From: a virus
Lineage: Duplodnaviria; Caudoviricetes
Direction: 5' to 3' (one strand)
DNA: 32,271 nt
IMG/VR virus record: IMGVR_UViG_3300037484_000404
Coordinates: 1-32,271 of that record
Part shown: positions 25,611 to 32,271 of the stretch, one piece after another
Numbering within the stretch: position 1 is the stretch's first letter
Layout of the letters: each line of letters begins with the position of its first letter
The notes under the pieces: generated by a model
Databases searched by the model: none
What the model saw: only the letters and a program-made list of their open reading frames with translations
What the model was told of the DNA's origin: nothing
Translations under genes and position numbers: made by a program

Positions 25611-26027
25611 TCAGTCGTTGCCTTCGGTAAGGACCATCGTGCTGATGGTCACGGTCTGGCCCGACGTAATCGTCCCGTCGAAGTTGATGTCGCCCGACCC
25701 GATGGCGCACGCCCCCTGCATCTGGCAGGTCGTCCCGTCAAGCGTCGCCTGAGAGTTGTAGATGCGGAAGTGTCCCGGCGTATCCGCGGCACCACCCGAC
25801 GCGGTCCCGGACCAGGTCCCGCTCTTGGCCATCGCCCCGCCGGACGCGGCGGCGAAGGCCGGGCTCGGAAGGTTGATGGTCACAAGCAGCGTGCCGGTGT
25901 TGGCCGACGTAGGCAGGGCCGGTTGCGCCCCGGTGTAGATGCGGATGGCGCCCGAGGCACCGATAGCTGTGTCGATCGCATCCAGTCGATTGTTCTGAAC
26001 GGCGTTTTCTAGCAATTGAACGGTCAC
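25611..26027 (-). CDS. Virion structural protein
   Basis: NNRLDAI...IRIYTGAQPA...LPSPAFAAASGG...GQTVTIST, a pattern recalled from genes preceding phage surface proteins. Confidence 0.65.
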   Translation of the reverse strand: MTVQLLENAVQNNRLDAIDTAIGASGAIRIYTGAQPALPTSANTGTLLVTINLPSPAFAAASGGAMAKSGTWSGTASGGAADTPGHFRIYNSQATLDGTTCQMQGACAIGSGDINFDGTITSGQTVTISTMVLTEGND

Positions 26028-26167
26028 GCTTCACTCTCCTCAGAAGATTTGACGTCTTGCTCGGTCTCCGGCTCTACGACCATCGGCTCAGCCACGGGCT
26101 CCTTGCCTTCCGGCCAAGATGCAGTCGCCGTTGCCTTGATACGAATTTCGTCCAGAGTCGCGCTCAT
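26024..26167 (-). CDS. Small acidic protein (47 aa, below the ORF-track cutoff)
   Basis: MSATLDEIRIKATATASWPEGKEP...; ATGA-coupled to the portal stop and GTGA-coupled to the next start. Confidence 0.6.
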   Translation of the reverse strand: MSATLDEIRIKATATASWPEGKEPVAEPMVVEPETEQDVKSSEESEA

Positions 26168-27621
26168 CTTCCCTCTCCCTGTTGGCCGCGCTGGAAGGCG
26201 CGGAGTAGGACGTTCCCGAGGTTCTCTTCGCCCTGCTTCTCCTGGGCGATGCGCCCAGTCTCCTCTTCGAAGTCCCGGCCACGCTCCTGGGCAATCGTCT
26301 GGATACTCGTCACTCCAAGCTGGTGCTCCTTCTCCAGGACTTCCAGCACCTCCTTGTCGTTCTGCGGCAGGACCGCGTCGGGCCAGATGACCTCACCTCC
26401 ATCGGCGTCCTCGCCACCAAAGCCGGCCAAGACCAACAGCCGGTGATTCAGGTCCCGCAGCGCCTCGCCATACAGGTCTCGCTTCATGCCCAGCTTCGAG
26501 AGAGAGTCCAGGTAGAGCACGCGCAGTCCGAAGTTAGTCAGGGCCCCGACTTTGTCGGCCACCGACGTGAGGTCGACCGTCTGTGAGATGTCGAAGAGTG
26601 ACTGGCGAAGCATCAGCAGGTAGTTCACGCTCGATCCAAGATCCCCCTGCATCTCCAACTGCTCGATGGCCGCCTGGTCACCTCCAAAGCGTGGCATCTC
26701 ATCCGGCCCAATGTTCAGCGTGCCCTCTCCAGCTTGGCCAATCCCCTTGGCGTAGCGCATGGGGTGGGCGTAGTAACGGATGATCTTGGAGATGTTAGAG
26801 GCGACGAAGTTCAAGCGGTCCTGGAGAGGCAGCACGTCTTCGATGTCCGCCACCCCATAGGGCGAGCCCATGCGGGGAAGGTTCTGCCAGACGAGGATCG
26901 GGGCGAAGTCGTAGGGCCACTTCGTATCCTCCCCCATCTGGATCCACTTGCCGTTCTCGGCCATCTCGAACGTCCGCACGACCCAGGAGGTAACGGTCAG
27001 CGCAGAGGGCTCGCCATTCTCCCCGGCGATCGCGCCCTGAAGCAAATCCGTCGTCTCCCGGAAGCCGCGCAGCCCAGTCCTCGACATCTGATCCGGCACC
27101 ACGTACTCGATGGTGTACCCGACAACCATGTCAACGTCGTGGGGATGCGTCCGGATAGTCAGCCACGTCGGATCGAGAGCGATAATCCTCGGGTATGGCT
27201 CTCCATCGATCGGGGAGACCATCCCATCCGGGACCAGCTTCACGGCGCAGGTGCCCAGGATGGCGCCAAGGTGGGCGATGCGGTTCAGCAGGAGGCTCTT
27301 CTTGTTCTCGTCCCACACCTTAGCCAGGTGCTCATCCTGCGGAGTAACGTCGTCGCCGGGCAGGTCGAACTCCACTCCTCCCCCGACCAGCATCGAGACA
27401 GCCCGCTTCGCAATGAGCCCCACGAAGTTGAGGGCCAGGTTGTCGTCGAACTGGCCGGGCTTGGTCTTGAGGAGCCGCGGATGGAATCCGCTCGCGTAGT
27501 CCCGGAGCTGCAGCATCCGGTTGACCCGCTGATACTTCACCGGATCCTCGAGCATGCCGGGCACCAGGAACTGAACCAGCCGGCTTCGGAAGCTGTCGAC
27601 CAGGCCGTCAAAAAGTCCCAT
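26164..27621 (-). CDS. Portal protein (SPP1 gp6-like)
   Basis: 485 aa after TerL; NFVGLIA, YGVADIEDVLPLQDRLN, YAHP, LTNFGLRV. Confidence 0.9.
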   Translation of the reverse strand: MGLFDGLVDSFRSRLVQFLVPGMLEDPVKYQRVNRMLQLRDYASGFHPRLLKTKPGQFDDNLALNFVGLIAKRAVSMLVGGGVEFDLPGDDVTPQDEHLAKVWDENKKSLLLNRIAHLGAILGTCAVKLVPDGMVSPIDGEPYPRIIALDPTWLTIRTHPHDVDMVVGYTIEYVVPDQMSRTGLRGFRETTDLLQGAIAGENGEPSALTVTSWVVRTFEMAENGKWIQMGEDTKWPYDFAPILVWQNLPRMGSPYGVADIEDVLPLQDRLNFVASNISKIIRYYAHPMRYAKGIGQAGEGTLNIGPDEMPRFGGDQAAIEQLEMQGDLGSSVNYLLMLRQSLFDISQTVDLTSVADKVGALTNFGLRVLYLDSLSKLGMKRDLYGEALRDLNHRLLVLAGFGGEDADGGEVIWPDAVLPQNDKEVLEVLEKEHQLGVTSIQTIAQERGRDFEEETGRIAQEKQGEENLGNVLLRAFQRGQQGEGR

Positions 27622-27633
27622 CGGTTCCTCCGT

Positions 27634-28890
27634 CTACCAGGACGCGAACGGATCTTCCATCGTGCCTGGTGCTTCATCGAGAAGCATGAGTTCTGTCATT
27701 GTCCAGACCATCGCATCGAGTCGGTTGGGTGACTTATCCCCTGGCATCCACAAGCACATCTCGTCCTCCAGCAAGGGGAAGCTCCCAACGTGGTGGATCC
27801 GCTTGTTCTCGTAGATGGCCGCCACTGGTTCGGCGCGCAACTGTTTCCCACGACTGGCACTGACCAACTTCACCCGTACCTTGGGGTCCACAGTCTTGAT
27901 GGTCAGCTCAACCATCTCGCCGCCGAAGTTCTTCTCCGCCACGATGAGGTCGGCCTTCAACTCATGATAGAGAGCTACGGCTACCTCGGCCCACATCCGG
28001 GGCGAAGCCTGCAGGCTGCTATCCCGAAGCAGGAAGCCTTCATCTTTCGTCCGTCCGCCGGCGACAATCCCAGCTTCGGCACCATCGCTAGTTCCGGATG
28101 GGTCGACGCCGACAATGATGCGCGCCAGGTCTGGAACCGTCCTCGTCCAGCGAAGCGTCTCGATCAGGTCACGATTCCACAGTGCGCCAGGGGCTTCCGT
28201 AACATCCTCGGCCAGGATCTCCATCCGGTAAGAGAGGGCTGTCATGTCCTTGGCCAGCTCCTCGATCGCCGACTGGCTGATGTGCGGGTTGTCCTTGCTC
28301 GTCCAGTGGAATGTCGCCCAACGCCCAGAGGTGTCCTCGGCCGCCCGCTTGAACATCTTGGCCGCATGCTGGGGATCCCTCGCCTTCGACCGAGCTTTAG
28401 TTGCCCTGGCATGGAGGCTCGGAGGTGTATAGAGAAACACGGCGGCACCGTCGTTGTCGGCCAGCATCGGAGCCCCAACGAGTTCCCAGACCTCCTCGTT
28501 CATGAGCTGGAACTCGTCGAGCACGAGCTCGTCGGCGTAGTCTCCGCGGAGCATGTCTGCATTCCAGGCCGTCTTGCCCCTGATTCGCTGATCGGTACCG
28601 GGGATCTCGATGAGATGCGTGGTCTCGTTCTTGTAGAAAACGCCAGCCTCGATCGGATCCCGGAGAAACTGGCAGACGGCTCCCCAGAAGCGATCAAGCT
28701 GGTCCTGCGTTGGCGTAGCATAGAGGACGCGCGCGCCCCCAAGGAACTTCTCGGCCTCGCGTATTGCCAGGCCAAACGTCTTGCCGCTGCGGCGGCCGCA
28801 GCGGGCGATATTTCTCTTGGCCTTGCTGTTGACGAGGGGGGCCTGCTTCTCGTGCGGCTCAGGGATCCGGGCGATGTACTCCCTAGCCAC
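27634..28890 (-). CDS. terL: Terminase large subunit
   Basis: Walker A CGRRSGKT, Walker B LVLDE, YTP, nuclease VGVDP, AEKNFGG, NRLDA. Confidence 0.95.
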   Translation of the reverse strand: MAREYIARIPEPHEKQAPLVNSKAKRNIARCGRRSGKTFGLAIREAEKFLGGARVLYATPTQDQLDRFWGAVCQFLRDPIEAGVFYKNETTHLIEIPGTDQRIRGKTAWNADMLRGDYADELVLDEFQLMNEEVWELVGAPMLADNDGAAVFLYTPPSLHARATKARSKARDPQHAAKMFKRAAEDTSGRWATFHWTSKDNPHISQSAIEELAKDMTALSYRMEILAEDVTEAPGALWNRDLIETLRWTRTVPDLARIIVGVDPSGTSDGAEAGIVAGGRTKDEGFLLRDSSLQASPRMWAEVAVALYHELKADLIVAEKNFGGEMVELTIKTVDPKVRVKLVSASRGKQLRAEPVAAIYENKRIHHVGSFPLLEDEMCLWMPGDKSPNRLDAMVWTMTELMLLDEAPGTMEDPFASW

Positions 28891-29242
28891 GAACGATCCT
28901 GATCTGGATCGGCTCCTTGTGACCTTCGTCGCCCGAGAGTGCCGTCCTCTCCCGCTGACCCAGATGTTGCTTCCCCAACCAGATCAGCATGCCGACGCTT
29001 CCGCTCATGGCGAGCTTGTACTGCCGGCGCCGTAGAGATTGGCGCATGGTAGCGATGCCCTTTTGATAGGGTTCCGCATAATTTCGGGTGATGGTGTCCG
29101 GTGAGATCCCCAGGACGTGGCCGATCTCCTCCTGGGTGCAACCGATGGCCGCCAGCTTCTCGACCTGTGCCGGGCTGACAACCTTGGGTGGCCGACCTCG
29201 CTTGGACTTCGGGGGCTTCGATTGCTTTGCCTTCGTGGGCAT
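28883..29242 (-). CDS. terS: Terminase small subunit
   Basis: GRPPK, HTH (CTQEEIGHVLGISPDTI), LIWLGKQHLGQ; overlaps the TerL start. Confidence 0.85.
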   Translation of the reverse strand: MPTKAKQSKPPKSKRGRPPKVVSPAQVEKLAAIGCTQEEIGHVLGISPDTITRNYAEPYQKGIATMRQSLRRRQYKLAMSGSVGMLIWLGKQHLGQRERTALSGDEGHKEPIQIRIVRG

Positions 29243-29333
29243 CTCGCCCTGCGCCTTTGGGGCATCACGCCCCTGACTGGAAAACGAAACCCGGCCGCGC
29301 CCCCCGATCTCCGGGAAGACGTGGCCGGGCGTT
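29237..29333 (-). promoter_or_regulatory. Structured leader of the terminase genes
   Basis: AACGCCCGG...CCGGG-TTTCGTTTT hairpin, then GGGGC-GTGAT-GCCCC and GGGC-GAGAT-GCCC; the last contains the ATG. Confidence 0.65.
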
Positions 29334-29359
29334 GATCCGGCTTTCTCTGAGTTGGCCCC

Positions 29360-29388
29360 AGTCTACGCCGATTTCATGGCTTGCGCAA
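29360..29388 (-). promoter_or_regulatory. Sigma70-like promoter TTGCGC-N17-TAGACT upstream of terS
   Basis: Same hexamers and spacing as at 20541-20569. Confidence 0.7.
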
Positions 29389-29575
29389 CCTCGACCTTTT
29401 TCGACCGGAACCACGCCCAGCCCCCGCACGCGCCGCAGCGTACCCGGGCCACGATGATCTCCGTACCCGTCAGGTCGTCCACGATTGCCGTATACGGCCC
29501 GCGCCCATTGGGTGTCACGACCCGCAAGGGCGCCACCTCGCTCCCGCAGTTGGGGCAGCGCAGGACGTCAGGCAT
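29363..29575 (-). CDS. Zinc-ribbon protein (possibly Com-like regulator)
   Basis: LRCPNCG...VRCGACG. Confidence 0.6.
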   Translation of the reverse strand: MPDVLRCPNCGSEVAPLRVVTPNGRGPYTAIVDDLTGTEIIVARVRCGACGGWAWFRSKKVEVAQAMKSA

Positions 29576-29894
29576 TCGCCTTAGGATTCCTCATGTCCAC
29601 CCTCCGAGCCCTCTCTGCGAGGGCCTCATAGACCGCGTCTCCAAGCTGATCCCGCACCCAAACATGGAACTCCAACGGGTGCTGGTGGAAGAACGCGTGG
29701 CAGCCGTAGTCCAGTCCGAACGCGTTCTGCGGGTCCCACCGAGTAGCCTTGATCCTCCGGCTGAACACATGCGCGCAGTGGTAGCCTCTATCCCCCAACT
29801 GGTGCACCGATCCGCACCGACGACATCGCCAGCCATCCCTCTCCTTGATGGCCCTGGAGAAGTCAGCGTCAGCGCGAGACAGTCGGATCTTCAC
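29568..29894 (-). CDS. NinG/Rap-like HNH nuclease
   Basis: DADFSRAIKERD, CRRC, CAHVFSR...TRWDPQN...CH; GTG start coupled to the ASCH stop, with GGAGGA SD. Confidence 0.75.
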   Translation of the reverse strand: MKIRLSRADADFSRAIKERDGWRCRRCGSVHQLGDRGYHCAHVFSRRIKATRWDPQNAFGLDYGCHAFFHQHPLEFHVWVRDQLGDAVYEALAERARRVDMRNPKANA

Positions 29895-30235
29895 TCCTCC
29901 ACCCGACGGAACTCGATCCGGTTCACGATCTGCGACGCATGGCATCGAGTGGCACGCATGAACATGTCGATGAACTCCCCGGGCGATAGATCGGGGAAGC
30001 CCTCCCTCTTGCATTCCTCCGCGGTGATGTCACACAGGTGCTCAAGCCTGGCCGATACGACTTCGATCAGGCCGATCTTCGTCATGTGCTGGCCCTTCTT
30101 CAGCCCCTGCGCCTTCTCCACCGCCCACAACTTGTCGCCGACCTCAATATCCATCCACCCCAGGCGCCGCGTTACATCCTTCGTCCCGTCACGCATCTGC
30201 TGCGTCGTCATCGAGAAGCTCATGCAGCGAGGCAC
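29891..30235 (-). CDS. ASCH-domain protein
   Basis: MSFS...GTKDVTRR (GxKxxTxR), VGD, DITAEECKREGF, RIEF; GTG start after GGAGGAG. Confidence 0.85.
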   Translation of the reverse strand: MPRCMSFSMTTQQMRDGTKDVTRRLGWMDIEVGDKLWAVEKAQGLKKGQHMTKIGLIEVVSARLEHLCDITAEECKREGFPDLSPGEFIDMFMRATRCHASQIVNRIEFRRVEE

Positions 30236-30236
30236 G

Positions 30237-30728
30237 TCACTCCTCCACCAGCCGGCGCAACGCGGGCGAGAGGGCGAAGTAGGCGTCGTCACGCGCGTCT
30301 CCTAGAGTCGCCCACGCCCTAAGCCATGTGGCCATATCTGCGCCAGTTGGACATGTCACACTGGCCTCCTCGTAGACGCTCAACTCGCGCACGGCCGCCC
30401 TCGCCAGCCGCAGCAACTGCATCGCCACCTGGCGGGCTTCGTCTCTCTCGCGAGTTCTCTTCTCAGCCACCCCGCGCCACTTGGCCGCCCATGCCTCGTC
30501 ATCAGACAGCGACTGCTCTACGAGGATGTGCGCATCTTCGAGTTGCCCTTCCAGCCCCTCCGCCCGCTCGTTCTCGACGGCGGCGTAGTCGTAGAGCTCC
30601 GTCACCAATCGCGGGTTGACGGCAATGTCGGGCCATAACCCAACACTGTCCACGTCCAACTTGCCGCGGAACCAATCCACGGTTGCTCGCCACTTCTCAA
30701 GCGGTGTCACGCTTCCGGTTCCAGCCAT
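30237..30728 (-). CDS. Hypothetical coiled-coil protein
   Basis: Fills the gene run; ERDEAR motif common in phage accessory ORFs. Confidence 0.6.
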   Translation of the reverse strand: MAGTGSVTPLEKWRATVDWFRGKLDVDSVGLWPDIAVNPRLVTELYDYAAVENERAEGLEGQLEDAHILVEQSLSDDEAWAAKWRGVAEKRTRERDEARQVAMQLLRLARAAVRELSVYEEASVTCPTGADMATWLRAWATLGDARDDAYFALSPALRRLVEE

Positions 30729-30732
30729 TGCC

Positions 30733-31017
30733 TCATCCCTTCCCCTTATGGCCCTGCCGGGGACTTGTAGCTAGAGTCCGCTTCCGTGTCGTCCGTCGGG
30801 CGACAATGTTCTTCGTAAGATGTTGCGGCTGCGCCCATCTCCAGATGTGAAGATCAAGAGCTGCCGGGCCGAGCCGAAGATGGAGCCGAGGACCGCCGTC
30901 GTCATAAACGCCAATCCCAAGCATCCAATCGTCCATCGTGATGGCGTATCCCCACCCGACTCCAATGTCATCGTTATTCTGTTCGAAGAATCGGTAGAAA
31001 AACCTCTTCTCGTGCAT
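30733..31017 (-). CDS. Hypothetical protein
   Basis: GAGGAG SD; fills the gene run. Confidence 0.55.
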   Translation of the reverse strand: MHEKRFFYRFFEQNNDDIGVGWGYAITMDDWMLGIGVYDDGGPRLHLRLGPAALDLHIWRWAQPQHLTKNIVARRTTRKRTLATSPRQGHKGKG

Positions 31018-31032
31018 CGTCTACTCCTCGCC

Positions 31033-31386
31033 CTACTCGGGCTCAATCCACTGCTTAGTCCCGGCACTCTCCCACACCCTCAACAGGTTCCCCTCAGAGT
31101 CCTGCACCACCGTCCCGGCATCCAGAGTCATCAGCCGCAACCCGGCCTCGAACTGCGTCATCGGAAGTTGCGCATGCCCCTCCCGGTACGTCCCCGAGGG
31201 GTCGTGGATGATCGTCATGCGCTTCTCGTTCCGCCCTTCGTTCGGGTGCCCCTTCGACATCACCCCAAGGCACTCCGCACACATCCCGTATTGCATCATG
31301 TCGTCGTAGACCAGCCGCTGGCAGATGCCCTTGCATCTCTTCCTTGGGCGCTCATACGCATCGGAAGCAGCGCCGGTGCCCTTCAC
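31033..31386 (-). CDS. Hypothetical Cys-containing protein
   Basis: GTGA coupling at 31386; CKGIC...CAEC. Confidence 0.5.
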   Translation of the reverse strand: MKGTGAASDAYERPRKRCKGICQRLVYDDMMQYGMCAECLGVMSKGHPNEGRNEKRMTIIHDPSGTYREGHAQLPMTQFEAGLRLMTLDAGTVVQDSEGNLLRVWESAGTKQWIEPE

Positions 31387-31619
31387 CGTGCGTCTCCCGT
31401 CGGTGCGCTTCCCGCCGGCACGTGCTCCACCAGCTCCGCACTCGCCTTCGCCCGCTCCAGCGCCGGATCGCCGGGAAGCTTCGTCGGTGTCTTGGGCTCC
31501 CGGTACACACTCGGCACGCCCGACGATGGGCCGATCTCGAATTGGAGGCAACGGCAGAGTTGGCACGCGCCGTCGTAGTCGTGCGACTGGCGCGGGTGGG
31601 AACAGAGGCATTCATCCAT
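31383..31619 (-). CDS. Small Cys/His metal-binding protein
   Basis: MDECLCSH...H...CQLCRC; start overlaps the ligase stop. Confidence 0.55.
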   Translation of the reverse strand: MDECLCSHPRQSHDYDGACQLCRCLQFEIGPSSGVPSVYREPKTPTKLPGDPALERAKASAELVEHVPAGSAPTGDAR

Positions 31620-32271
31620 CGGACGACACCATACTCTCGGCCAGCTTGCGCTTGTACCATTCGGGAAACCCGCGAGTGAGCCCTCGCTTGATGTCCGGCC
31701 AGAACGCCGACCACAGCGCATCCCTGATGGCCCCCTCGGCGTCCTTGCGCACGTCCTCGGGAATCTCGTGAATGAGTCTCCCAATATCCTGCGGCGCACC
31801 CAGTAACACTCCGTCCTCCTGGAGGTGTTGGACGGCCTTCTGCCAGCGCGCCTCGACGGCGTATCGCTCGATGATGGCCTGGACCGGAGATGCTTTCGCC
31901 GCCTTCCAGTTCTCCTTGTTCTCTTCGACGAAGTCGCGCCGGACGAGCTTCGCCATGAGCACCTTCTTGTCAAGGCCGAACTGCGCGTAATTCTTGAGGA
32001 CGATGCCCTCAATCTTCTGGTTGCCCAGGAATGAGTCGTGCTCCAGCATCGTAGTCAAGTCATCCAGCGTCGGCTTGCTTTCGAAGCATCCCAGAACCGG
32101 GACGAACTCCAGACCCAGACGCGCGGCTTCCTCGGAAGCCTCTGCCGGCGACAGGTAGTCCTCAAGCCCTCGATCCACATCAAACAGGACGACGTTTTGT
32201 TGTGGGACACGGCCATACTCCAGCGTATTCTGCTTGGGCTTCGCCAGGAACTCCCCGCGGTAGGTCCATCC
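31612..32271 (-). CDS. ATP-dependent RNA ligase (Rnl2-like nucleotidyltransferase), 5'-truncated
   Basis: Frame is open to the window end: YRGEF (motif III), VLFDV (IIIa), FVP, EGIVLK (IV), AKLV (V). Motif I lies outside the window. Confidence 0.75.
   Translation of the reverse strand, partial: GWTYRGEFLAKPKQNTLEYGRVPQQNVVLFDVDRGLEDYLSPAEASEEAARLGLEFVPVLGCFESKPTLDDLTTMLEHDSFLGNQKIEGIVLKNYAQFGLDKKVLMAKLVRRDFVEENKENWKAAKASPVQAIIERYAVEARWQKAVQHLQEDGVLLGAPQDIGRLIHEIPEDVRKDAEGAIRDALWSAFWPDIKRGLTRGFPEWYKRKLAESMVSSDG

Noticed and set aside
4607-28902. Many long + strand ORFs (e.g. 6965-8314, 17214-18503, 21989-23095, 27790-28902)
   Set aside because: They are antisense shadows of well-supported minus-strand genes in GC-rich DNA and have no recognisable motifs.
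1-32271. Alternative genetic code, tRNA genes, integrase or att sites
   Set aside because: Genes read intact in the standard code using TAG and TGA stops; no cloverleaf or recombinase was recognised by eye.

Overview
GC-rich siphovirus-type phage or prophage fragment with no host genes, integrase, RNA genes or CRISPR array visible. The left ~1.86 kb (+ strand) holds early-type genes: a Rad52-like annealing protein and small Zn-finger or HTH ORFs. The rest (- strand, read right to left) is one long gene run: RNA ligase, ASCH and NinG-like genes, then terminase small/large, portal, an accessory surface-protein block, MuF, scaffold, major capsid and decoration protein. Next come a five-enzyme glycosylation/modification cassette (GT4, Maf/DUF115-like, GT2, methyltransferase, radical SAM), head-tail genes, tail tube, a frameshifted tail chaperone, a GIY-YIG endonuclease, tape measure, a LamG tail protein, lysis genes, a metallophosphoesterase and an M14 peptidase. 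The most notable points are: the enzyme cassette inside the head module (candidate virion glycosylation system); two promoters with identical hexamers and matching structured leaders, one next to a Com-like Zn-finger gene; an apparently circularly permuted LamG domain; and a probable ATT start for the tape measure gene. All calls come from motif recognition and synteny by eye, with no database searches.
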